From contig CM120645.1 of NCBI GenBank assembly GCA_051362555.1, positions 5,766,001 through 5,830,000 of the forward strand: a stretch of DNA of 64,000 nt. Reading direction: 5' to 3'. This document shows, piece by piece, positions 38,166 through 50,400 of this stretch. Source of the DNA: Lingula anatina. Taxonomy: Eukaryota > Animalia > Brachiopoda. Positions within the stretch are counted from its first letter, which is position 1. Every line of letters begins with the position of its first letter. The position numbers and the translations under genes are program-made. The notes beneath the pieces were generated by a model. That model was not told where the DNA came from and ran no database searches. It saw nothing but the letters and a program-made list of their open reading frames with translations.

Positions 38166-41100
38166 CAATCATCATACCTCAACAAATCCACTTTGTTCTC
38201 TGTGCTCACCACCTCCACCCCTCCCCCTGGGGTATTAGGCTTGTATATCCACCTGACATCTGGCTCTGTAGACTTGACTATATCTTGTATATACTGGGAA
38301 TACTGGGCTGGCATTACATAGCAGGGGAGATAGAGCTGGGTGGTCTTTAAATCTGAAAGGAGAAATATTGGACAATAAAACACCACCAAACTATTGACAA
38401 AAGTTTTTCTACATATCTGAGAAGTATTTGGAATTAAGTCTTGTGGGAGAATAAGGTTATTTGGAAATGAATGATTTACAACACTTAAACATGCCTGCTA
38501 CATGTGATCAGGATATTCACATGTTGGTACAAATGTTCTTAAAACTAAAACATTCCTTTCTGAAACAATAACATTGTCTTGTGATTCTATAGTCATTCTA
38601 TAAACAAAAGCCATCTTTTCTCCAGCAAAGACAATATTGGGCCTTTTTATTTAAATGAGTCAAACATTTCTTTACACAATTTCAGAATATGGAAGGGATG
38701 GATATTTCTTCATATACTTTATGTTACTTTGTATTTCTACAAAATTATTCATTTATTTATTCATTTTTAGAATTATTACAGATCCGATGACATCCTTGTT
38801 TAATGTTTTTACCTGGAATGTTAGACACTGCATTCATTGTGTTACACAAGGCATCCTTCCTCCACAAAGTGCCTCGGACTCCTGGAATTCTGTTCACCTA
38901 GAAAACATTTGTTAATAACAAAATTACACTTCAGCAGTATTTTTTCATTTTACCCTAGCTACAGATATTGATTAGCGTAATGTTGTAAAACACTGAAACA
39001 ATTAGGGCACTGTGAGCGAGTGTATTGTGTTGGTGAAATGGTAATAAATTTCAAGTTATTAACCTATCAGACATATAGCATAATGCTTAGGCAGGTACAG
39101 GCATTTCCAGATGGCAATGACTGATGAGGAAAAAGCAACACCCATGTATAAGGGGTGCAGTCGAATGTTTAAATACAATTACAGATTGCCTGTACCCTAC
39201 AACTTATGATTAATAAAATCACACATACCTTTTGATAGTTGTATAATTTTCTATATTCTTCTCGTCTCAGACAGTAGCCATTATCACCATCAGTGAAGGA
39301 AAGGCACAGTAACACCAGCCAGTCATCTTTGACGCCCATCCCTACAGTGGCACTACCACCATCCTCCTCTTCTGAAAATAAAAATATATCACAAATATTT
39401 CAACGATTCAAACTTAGACTTCTTGTAAGTACACATTTGATAACACATTTGATGTCATATTTTCAGTTGGTAAGTATGAACTGCAGCAGACTGGTGTTTT
39501 GCTGTCAAAATTATAATTTCTCCTATTGTTTGAATACTATAAAAACCAATGCATTTTAATGACATAAAGATGTTAACCATTTACTAATTTTAAAGGTATG
39601 GAGAATTTTTCATTGTCTTATTTTACGGATTTGAATATAGTGCTTGTGCCATTATAACTAAGTATATTAAAACAAAAGACTATTTCCAAACAATATTTTG
39701 AAAAGAAATACCTCAACAAGCTGGGTTCATGTCAGAGTCAGTTTAAGTTACTTAAAATTTGCTACTATTTCTCAAATCTATCTTACTCCCTCCATGGCCT
39801 TCCTGCACCTTCTCCCCCTGTTGTCTCTCATACCATACTGGTTTCCTCACGCTGAACCCATGTCCCCTCAGTACCTATAATATTGTAAAACAGAAACCAC
39901 CTTTAACTGTCAATAAATATAATATTAATCCAGTTTCTTGATCCTTTTGGCGTGTGCAGTATTAATAACCCAAAATTACATTGTTTTAAAATTAAGTGCC
40001 ACAGAAATTCTCCAATAGAGGGCCATGGGGAAAATAGCCTTTGCCATTATGTTTTTACCCACAAAAATAAAGTTTAATATTAGGTTTAATAAATTCAAAA
40101 AATAAATAGATAAAATAGACATTTTGGGTGCAATAATACTCAACTGTGTTAAGCACACAATGGACTGTTTTCCACAACATGACATACCTGTTCATACAGG
40201 GGTAGGTCTCTGAGCACGGCCACACTGCTACCTCTGACCAGAGCCACCTTCTCTCTCCTGCCCAGACGATCTAGGTACACATCTTCTAACTGAAGAAAAA
40301 AATGTGAGGTCAATTTTAAAAACCAACTACAGGTCACCATTGCTCAAAAATACCATTGCCATTTCAAATTTATATTGATAAGGGGCAAAATACTCATGAA
40401 TTTAAGAAGACTACTTCTGGTTTAGCCTGTGTCAATTTTCAATCTTATTTTTGGTCTTAAATTCAACACAAACTTTCAACTTTAATTCTTTTGTGGCACA
40501 GAGCCCAAGGGTTTGTTTCATAAAAAACTAAAACTGCAATTGAAAGGCTGAAATTGAAAGAAATATATTGCTCTTGCCTTATAAAACAAAAGAAATATCT
40601 TATTTTTTAGTCCAGTAGTTACTTTAATTTGCACCATTCAAACTAAAATTTCCACACCATCCATTACACATATCCATAGGCCCAATCATTTATTTGTGAT
40701 TGAATAGTTTACTTCATGTAATTAATATCCAGATATTTCAGTTTCAACACTACTTGGTGTGGCCTAAACTACTTGGGAACACGCCTGTAACCACATAATT
40801 GTGCCAGTGGCCCCTTAACAGACATCATTAACCTCTACAGTGAGCCACACATCAAACCAACTACCTTCTGTAGTAAAAACACGACAGATTTCCATGTGTT
40901 AGCAATAGAACCTAATAAAACCCAATTCAACCCAGCGGCTGTGCAACACATATCTACAGTGGAGAAACTTCCGCAGCAGATTTCTTCGTTTAATCCTTTT
41001 TTCACATGTCAAATACTGCAGTGTTTTAGTTTTTTTCTGAGTGATTTCTTCATTGCTCTTTTAAAAAGGTTAGCATAGTTTTAAGAGCATTTTATACCAA

Positions 41101-44100
41101 TATATCATGCTTGCGTATAATGCAGAATTACTTTTCCAGAAGGTCAAATTGAAAAAAAGTGGAAAACAGATGATTTACTGTGGTACACAATTTTTCCAAA
41201 AATTCAGGCTGAACCTTGTATTTCATGCAAGTTTATGCACTTTTCTTATTTTTTTACATAACAAATATCTGCTTTATTTCCTCAATTGAAACAAAATTTT
41301 GTCTGTTTTATGTTTTTAATCTATTCTCAAAAACTAGGAAAACTGAAGTGTGAGGAGTTAACAAAAGTGTGACCATCTCCTCCCATCCAACTGCTCAACA
41401 GCTACACTGCACTGCACTGACATGACAATTTAAGCCAATTTGTCTCCATAAAAATTAATTAAATTTGCTTTAAGTGCACCACTCATGTAAGAAAACAAAC
41501 AAAACGAGGAAAAAAGATTACAACAACCAACAGTTGGTTAACCTCAAATATCTCGTAATAAGTAACTTGACTTCTCTGTTCACTAAACCCCACCACAATG
41601 TGTTTCCTGCAAAAGTGACAACTTAATTAACCAATTCCTGTCGAATACTGCCACACCATCCCCTTCTGAATCAGAGGACTTAAATTACAAACATCCCTAT
41701 CTCCTAACATGTCAATTGTGTAGTCCCTTTACAATGTTTATATTACTGTGCATATCAAAATGTACCATGTTTTTATTTATTTATCTACTTATTTGTGTAA
41801 TTGTAATTTTATAATTATATGTAGCTTGATAATACCATGTACACTATACTTTATATCAATAAAGTTTTTTTTCTTCCCTTTACAACTTCTCCCAAAAGCC
41901 TACCCCTGAGATAAAATGAGCTTTTTCAGGGGTAAATCAGGGGGGTGGGGTGGTGGGTGTTGTCTTTTTTTTAAAAAGAGCATAAGGCTGGGCCCCATAT
42001 ACACCCCTTCAAAAAATTATATTTTAAAACAAAAGTACTTATAGTGTTTTAGTTTAAATTCTGGTGTACATTAGCTGAAGATAACAGACAAGTAGTAGTC
42101 CACATAAATAAGTATCCTAGTTCTGTTTCACTAAACATTTTTATGGTTATGTTGTAAACAACTCATTACTGAACAGATCCAAGCAAAAGAGGAGGGGTTC
42201 TAGAGGATGAGAAACAGATGACAGGGATCATCACATCATTAAAATAGAATGGCTTAAGGACCCCTGACCTTCAGTCAGAAATCAAAGGTGTGTAAAGTCA
42301 GTCATCTGGAAATTGCTCTTCCGGATTTCTCTTTTGATATTCTTTAAACAATTTTATTTTGCGGCAAAATTGCAGTCAATTCCTGGACTTTTGATACTGA
42401 TGCTTTAATGTAACTCGTACGGTGTGGACATCTTCAACTTTGTTTTTGTTTTTTTTTTAATTTCAAAGAAAAACTAAATCCTGACAATTAAAGAGAACAT
42501 GCTAGCTTTTGATCAAGCAGTGCAAAATAGTGAATATAAATAAAAGTGTTTATTCAAAAGTGTATAAAAACATGCATGAAATAAATGGCATATATCTTTT
42601 CATTTCAATGAATGAAGAACTGTATGGCAGAGAGCAGTTGTAAATATCACATTTTAGGAGGGGTACCTTCAATTTGTGAAGGAGGCTTGCCATTAAAGGT
42701 GTGGTCACTCTTACAGATTACTGAATGAAGAACACCATCTGCTCTTTTTTATTTCCAGGTGTTTTTTTCAGCTAGCATGATAAAGACCATGAGCCCAGTC
42801 TAATCACCTACTATCTTTTCTGTTTCAGGGAACAGAAGATGAAGAACATTCTTGGCCCTGTGTTTGAATTAATGAAGGGAAAGTGAATCCATCTTTATAT
42901 TGGGTGGTTTTAATCTAAGACTGGATGAGAACCAAATTCATTTTAGGCCATTTAATTTTACTTACACATTCATAGTACACAATGTATATGACACAATTTG
43001 ATATGGCTGGTCTGTATACAGATCTCTGCATCAGTACCTTCCATATAAGTGAATGCTTGTTAATCAAAGTACACCAGCAAAAGTCATAATTTCTTTCAAA
43101 AAGAATCTTGAATAAACTGAGTTGAAGGCAATAGACTGAATGGGGTTGAACTGTGATGGTTTTATCACCCTGCATGCAATAGACATAAGCTGAAATTCCA
43201 ACAATATGGAGAACTGGGATGTTTTGGAAAAGGTCACTTACCAAATAAGAGCTAGCTAGGACAGCTGAGGTCAACCAATACCCTAGTGCAGTGACCCCTC
43301 ACTGGATGTTCTGCAACTAGTGACCAGTTTTCCTACTGCCCTTATCAATCAACAATTACACGTAGGGGAAAAACTAGAGGAATGGTGTCCTTAGGCAATT
43401 ACTAACTCATCATTATCCATCAAGACTGTGATATCTCGTGGGACGCTGGTCAATTTAAAACTGGCGTCCTTTTTGTAATGTAATGACTGAGAGACAAATG
43501 AGTACCTCATCAACATTAATTGCAGTTGTTAATATTTTTCTGAGTTGGAAACACTTGAAAATTGCAATTGATGCATTTGTCATTGTTGAAGAAAGACAAA
43601 GGGCTGTGAATTAAACAAATAAACCTACTAGTCTTGTGAAAGCACTGGTGTACCAGTTAACAATACAAATTTGCCATTCTGATTTTATCTCAGACCTTCA
43701 AATAACAATTTTTAAGTGGGTTTATAAATATTGATTGTAATTCTGCCAACAATTTTATACATGGTGTATGTATGGTGTATTTTGGTAATAACAGAAATGT
43801 TGTAATTTCCAGTCAACACCAATTATGTAATGCATTCTCTGCCTCTGGTGTAGTGAGCCTAGCTTCACCAGCTGAACCTTAGAGAAATTTGGGCCTATCT
43901 TCACTTTATTCTGCACAGGTATCCTGGTGATCAGGTCAGGTGTATCACCCCAGGATCACTACACTTTCAGGTGTGTACAGGGATTTAATGTCACGTCTCA
44001 TTCTCACCTGCATACACCTTTACTGCACTTAAAGGGATAGTCACACCTTGATTTACATCCCACGTACGTGTGTTTAATTCATAGGTAACAAGAATAGAGC

Positions 44101-47100
44101 AGGGATTTATCATCCCATCTCACCTTTATCTATATTGGGACTTAAGTTATGTGATATTATATAGAGATAGAGTTTAGTTCAAGATGCAGTTGGAAAAATA
44201 ATTTACTTTTTTATGCTGGTTCAGACTCAATAACATTGGATAACACAATGTCCAATCTTATTTAAATGCACAATGACAACAAAACAAGAAGAAAAACATA
44301 CAAAGCAGTTTCTAGTTGATGGAAATTCAGTCTTAATTTTCTTCATTTCATTCTATATCTAAGAGTGCATTCAGACTAGATGATCTGCCAACTGAATATG
44401 GCCAACACAGTAAGTCCACAGATCATCCGTTCTCAAAGCGCTCATATTTTACCTAGAGCAGACCTTTTTACCAGCAAAAAGGGTAATTCGTTCACCCCCC
44501 CCTTCCCCCAGTACTTATAAAATGTAAAACAAGTATTCATAAGATACAATATTACAATCGAAAATGCTTTCATCTGACATGCTAAGGTTACTTGGTGAGA
44601 GCCCCATGTGTGAGGCACAGATCTCAGTAAGAAATAACTGGAGAAGATAACACATAACTAGGATGTCCTGAGAGACCCCTGGGATAGAAAAGTCCTTGAA
44701 ATAGTGCTAAAGAGCAATTATGTGCTTCATTGATGATCTTTACTCTAATTAACCCAGACAAACTGGAAACCTCATTCAGGTATCAGATGGTTCCCAATTC
44801 CCATGAGGAGAAATTTGATCAATGGGTGTAAGAAACATGTGGAAGAAGTTGTACAGTTACCTAATCAATGAAAGATTTGGTGTAACACCCAAAGATCCTT
44901 GAATGGTTGGCAGATCATGTTATCTCTTAAGTTGAGCATTTGTTTGATCATTAAAAAATAACTATTGACATTGGAATGTATGAAATGATGAAACAACCTT
45001 GCAAAAATATGTGATAATATGAAAATAATTGGATTCAGTTTTTTTAATTACTGAGGCTTTTTTTTCAAAATTTTTCTGTTTTAAGTTGAGAATTAGTCAT
45101 GTTGAAAATATGCAAACATATAACATACAAGAATTGCTTTGCTACCTCTTGGTCAAAACCTTTCAGATTTACTAAGCATGTAGCCTAATGTATGCTCATC
45201 AATTGGTTCACTCACCCCAAATTCAGTTCAGTTCACAAGTAACTTTTCTCACCTTTAACTTTCACTCATTAGATTATCCATTCAGCACAATGAAATAAGG
45301 AAAATGTCTTGTATGGTAAGTGAATTAGTCAGAAACTGCACATGAGTCTACAGCAAGAACTGCTTCTACTACAAGATCATCTCGTCAAGAGAATGGGTAT
45401 CTTATCTATGGGAGACATTAGAATTGGATTTAAAACTGTTCAGCCAGCAAGTTCCACACACACATATGTACAGTATGTGTGTGTGTGCATGTGTGTTGCT
45501 GAGAGAGAGAAAGAGAGTGAGAGAGGTCCATCTCAGTTACTAGCTATTTGTCAGTCTCTCAACCTGGTGTGTAACAAAACACTGTACCCCCTGGATGTAA
45601 AAAGAGAACACTGACCAGTGACCCCTTCTGCCTCATGTATTAACCTTACACCAAACTTGATCTCTCCCTGTCAAACATGCCATTAATATCTAGCATGAAA
45701 TGGACCTAGGACATTTTTTACAACCCATACCATGATACTGTGTAAACAGCTAATTTTCTTTACTGTGCTATTGAGAAAAGCATTAAGGAAAGGCACTTCA
45801 AGTTGAAAACTGTCACAAAGGTACATTGTACATGGCACAGTAGCTAACAATATCTCTCTGCATGTACATTTATTTCATATAATGATTCAAATATTTGTAA
45901 AAATATTACTCAGTCAAATAAAAACAGTAATGAAACAGTTTTTTTTTAAATAAGACCTGCAGTTATGAAGAGGAGTCATTCATCTTAGCATTCAGAACCA
46001 ATGTACATGTAGTATATAGACAAAAGGAAGGCTAAATTGTGGTTTAGAAGTGTCTTTAAATTTGATTGTGCATTATATAAATTTCAGTATCATTTCTCTC
46101 ATCATGAGTTTTATTATATGATAATGAATTACTATTATTTGTATTACATTACGCTTTAATCTGAGTCATTCAGAATGTGTAATGTTAATCAATAACAACA
46201 ATTTCCCCGTATAATGTCCCAATTCAAAGTGTCCAATCCAAACACTGCCTGATCTTACTACAACCTTTTGACACAGCTCACAGGACACCCAAGTACTGTT
46301 TATATAATAAAACAGTTTAAGGTATTTTATAGCCAAGTCAAAAAACAAGAATTAGCATTGGTGATGAGAGACATAAGTACTGCATTCTGAGGAAGTCTCA
46401 ATTGCATGACTAAGGGTGTGTTCTAATGAGACTATATCATACTTAGAAGATCAAACCAACCCTCTGGGGACTCTTGCTGAATGCAGTCGGATTGACTAAA
46501 AGACACACTGAATTTTCAAAAATTACAGAAATATAAAATTAACTATTTTGCATCATTGTAATACAAACAATAATGTATTTTATATTGTGCCTATATGTAT
46601 CTGGACATAATTTGCATAAAAAACAGTATTCTAAGCAACTGGAATCCATTACACCAACAAAACTACACAAAATATTCTCTCTAGGATTTCAACACTACAG
46701 CAAGTTGGTGCACAGAATTATAACTAAAGCAGCCACTGCAGACCCTGGTTCCCCAAGTGACAATGGATGCTGGCAGAATAAATAAACCTTGATTTACAAA
46801 ACACAGGAGGGCAAAGCAGATCCATTACCAAGGCAAGAACAGGGGCCAAGATGTTTGGATGAGTTTCACAGCCATCCCCAGAGGGTCACTAAGTTCAATA
46901 GAGCGATAACAGCTGATTTAGATCTGTTAGAAATTCAGGTGTCGCTTATACCCAGAGGAATATTGAAGCAATGTGGGTTTTTTCTATGAAGCTTAGTGAG
47001 TTGCAACTAGGCAAAATACACTAAATATCAAATGAGAGGGAATGAATGGTGGAAAGTTGGCATATTTTGTTAAATTTCATCAAAAAATTCTTTACAAAGC

Positions 47101-47474
47101 ACTTCATATCAATTTACCTTTTTCAGTTTCCTGTACAGTGGAGTGATCTGCCTTTGGATGCCATCTTGCCGATACAGCCGTAACCTCCGACCTAGGGTCC
47201 CCGAATTAAATGTCACATTTTCTCTGGGCACCACCTCAGCAGGTGCTCCAGCACCGCCACCTTCACCATGGCGTGACGTATGAAGCACGCGTCTTAACTC
47301 ATGAAACCTCTGGTCCACTTGTATCTGTAGCTCCAGTACCCCATCTGAGGTCTTCTGAAGCAGTCCTTTGCTGATCTGGTAAGTGATGAGCACAGACAAG
47401 CTGGCCAGGAGGAGGATCACGCCAAACATCTCCCTCATTGCTTGGGAACCCAAGCGCCACCTACAACGTAACAT
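29746..47474 (-). CDS. CPED1: Cadherin-like and PC-esterase domain-containing protein 1 orthologue, ~1,100 aa, ~23 coding exons
   Basis: Phase-consistent GT..AG exons: 47474-47118, 40289-40188, 39874-39787, 39371-39229, 38897-38813, 38352-38178, 37845-37668, 37360-37173, 36690-36618, 36009-35800, 35648-35544, 35226-34997, [uncertain 34414-34347], 34073-34044, 33852-33663, 33380-33200, 32835-32712, 32365-32229, 31888-31668, 31316-31215, 30817-30730, 30391-30245, 29883-29746. Contains a TM anchor, TTL-like motifs, a cadherin-like sandwich, [17 protein letters not shown] and the terminal YHVEGEINTAYSEILINRMC. Confidence 0.92.
30245..30391 (-). CDS. CPED1: CPED1 exon carrying the catalytic-His region
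   Basis: EEQRKQ...[26 protein letters not shown]; canonical splice sites. Confidence 0.88.
31668..31888 (-). CDS. CPED1: CPED1 exon with the PC-esterase GDS motif
   Basis: [15 protein letters not shown]...YYPQFWL. Confidence 0.92.
31890..32210. repeat. Degenerate ~40-45-bp intronic minisatellite in CPED1
   Basis: About 7 units resembling GAAAGTGAAACTGGTGCTGTAGTCCACTATGAATGTGAGC. Confidence 0.75.
33200..33852 (-). CDS. CPED1: CPED1 cadherin-like domain exons (33852-33663, 33380-33200)
   Basis: LQPSFCATSTEYQATVPYNVLLVKV...NYTLGIGSNRVTFHVVD...YTLTIYRE. Confidence 0.88.
35800..38897 (-). CDS. CPED1: CPED1 TTL-like ATP-grasp domain exons
   Basis: VNRIPG...RKD, WIYKP, VLQRLFENPLLLFGSPFNVRVYVAVTSVAPLRAYVYSEGLV, CYQLLAFDVIFNSTFYPAVVE-VNGQP. 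Confidence 0.88.
36022..36078. repeat. (TA)n microsatellite next to a CPED1 splice acceptor
   Basis: Directly visible. Other simple repeats: (TA)n 11874-11917, (CA)n 38114-38163, (GT)n 17195-17229 and 30033-30070, (TAAA)n 3957-4003. Confidence 0.95.
47118..47474 (-). CDS. CPED1: CPED1 first coding exon (cytosolic tail, TM anchor, stem)
   Basis: MLRCRWRL...MFGVILLLASLSVLITYQIS. Donor AAG/GTAAAT, phase 0, matches the next exon. Confidence 0.85.
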
Positions 47475-50400
47475 GCTGAGACAACAGGAGACAGTTTGGC
47501 TCGTGTCTTGTGTGTGCTTTCAGAAAATGTCCCCCATGAATTGCTTCAGCATATTTGCGATGGCCAAGTACTATACTTGCAGTTTCTGTCAGACACTAAT
47601 TAAATCAAACAACGCTCTGTGCACAGCAATGGAAATGTAAAAAGCTAAGACTAAATTACTAATCAAAACAGTCCATTTGAACATGTATATGAACATGTAC
47701 TTGAAAAATTAATATTGAAGCATTGTTCTTTTCTCCATGTATTCCAATAAATTCCTTCTTATAAGCAGCAGGTTTTTCAATTACATGTTGACTTGCCAAC
47801 TTAAAATATGCACTTCTTGTAAAAGAACATCTTCCACAATGTTCTAAGCCATTGATAACAAAATAGTTAGCCAAATCAAACACCCAGTCCTCATTAAAGA
47901 CTATTTTCACTCTTTCTGCAAAACCTCATAACCTCAACAATAAAGCAGCCGAGGAGTGACATCCAGCATTTTGTCCTCAATAAATAATATCAATCCATTC
48001 TTCTGACTAACAAAACTAAATTAACACAGCCGTCTGGTGTCAGAATAAAGTATGTAGTTCTTGTTAGAAAATAATTCTGACCAACGTTGACAGCTACTTC
48101 ATGCTCATAGTTGGTGTGCCTGATCCATCAGTCCACCCTGTGACAAGTTGAATGGTTTTCCCACTGTCCCAGTAACAACCTCATTAATCAAGGGGCTTGG
48201 TTGACATTGCTAGTACTCTTAAGAAGCCCAACTATTTCTTTAAAAAAATTGCCATCCTATCAACTCTGTCATTCACCACACTTCCTATTTCCTGCAAGGT
48301 TACTTTCTTGGTGTTTTTTTCCCTCTCCTTTTTTGACAGGTCTATGTACTCATAAATTATTTTTTATAAAACAAAATGTATTGAAGTTTTGACAGTTGCA
48401 GCTCTTTGCTCTTCCGCAACAGAGATCACTTACATCCTTCGAACTTTCTGAAATTTGTTTAACGTTGCAATTCCTGTTCTAAAATGATAATCCTTATTAA
48501 AAGAAGCCTGAGCAATTCACATTAAAAAACTGTCCTTCTTTGCTTTCACAGTATTCTCCAGAGTGGGTGTGTTTCTTTCCTCCCTTGCCACTTTGACCAA
48601 GCAATATTTTCCTTCAGAAATGTTCTGAGTAAATGACTGTGCTATAATCTATGAGAAGCCTGACTTTCACTGTCACCAAGGCTTCCTCCATCATTCATCA
48701 CCAACAACTCTCTGCAAGATCAACTTGCTGGTGCACCTTTTATGCCACCTTTAATACTTGAGAGATGGAAGAGATGTGAACTCTCAGAGGATGTGGTAGT
48801 TACACCATCAGAGCAGAGGGACACCGACTGTGCAGTTCCTTTGGAGGATATCCTGTATAGAAACTGCCGCCCCAACTCAAAGTCTGCCTCCTTTGGGGCT
48901 ATCAATCAAAGGAATGGGCCTCCCTTTTGAAAACAATGGCCACTTTTCAAAGCCAGTGAATGTGCATTTTTCTCTCACAATTTATAATTTCCGTTGCATA
49001 TTTGAGATATGCTCTTGAGCAAGTTTCTGTTACCCTGGTTGGTCTTTGTTTTATCGTGTGCTTCCTTTTTATTGAAATATATCAACTGAACTAGAGTAAA
49101 GTCCTTGGAGGCCAGAAATTGTTTTTTAATGGCTGCAACAAAAATTAAGTTCAATATCTCATCTCTCTATTCTGATGCTGTCAGTTTTACTTGTAGTGCT
49201 TTTTTTCAAAATCAAATTAAAATCAAAGCCCTTCTTTCTAAAAAAAAAAAATTGGAATTAGTTTCTAGTATGTTCCTCCAGTTTCATTTTTGGGCATCTC
49301 TTGTTAAACGATACTTCTTTTTGGTCTTAGAGTCCTTCCCTGTCATGAGTTCTTACAGTCTGAATCAGTAGAAAAAACATAACAGTATGCTTGCTCCTTC
49401 ATTCGTTGTGCCTTCCTGCTCCAGTTTTACTCCCTTAAAAGTCTTCTTGCTATGTATCATTGCCACAACCATTAGTAGCTTTTTTACCCCCTTCTGTTTT
49501 GTTAATCAAGTCATGTTCTGCTGGAAGAATGTGGCCTGAAAAATACAACAGAGAGGCATCAAATTCATGAGAGAGTGTGTAGTATGAAACTGATCTGGTG
49601 GTCTGCTCTCCCTGTCAGCTTAAATTCACACAGGGCCAGTCAGATGCAGGACTGGGTGAAATGATATCTTTTACTACCCAATATGACATAAATGTTATTG
49701 ATTCATACTCATAACCAATTGAAATTCATATTCTCCACATCTGGATTTGCTTGTTCAATAATTTTGAACAATAACTGAAGACAAATTATACCTTTAAACA
49801 AATTGCTATTTTCAAATTGATTTCATTTTTCAAATTTTATTTTCCACGTAATCTTTGAAAATAATCTCTCTTTAATTTTTAAATTATATTTTCTGGGACA
49901 ATAATGACAACATGATATTTTTTTAATTAAATTATTCATGAAGTAAAATATTCTTATACAATTTCTTATTCAAAAATAGTTATTGATACTACACATTTCT
50001 GTGGTATTGAGTCATAACATGAGCCTGCAATACTGGAAATATTAATTAAGCAGAAAATCAAATTTTATAAGAAAAAATTATGAAATTTTGCCTACTGATC
50101 CCTAACCTGTGACCAAATGAAAAGACATTACAGACGCATGCCCTATCAATAATGTCCCTATTCAATTAGGACTTTTATAAAAGGAGTCCCTGTTGGATAT
50201 ATGACTGGTAATGACATTAAACCTAGCAGACATCAATATCTTGTGCCAAGCTAAGCAAATCAAGAATGCTAACAATTCAATTAGGCAGCGATTATTTGGC
50301 ATTTGGTAAATTGTGCTAGGTTTCCAAAGACCCAATTAAACTGCACAGTCCAGTATTTTACAGGCACCAATAACGCGGAGAAAAAAATAAAACAGTCGAC

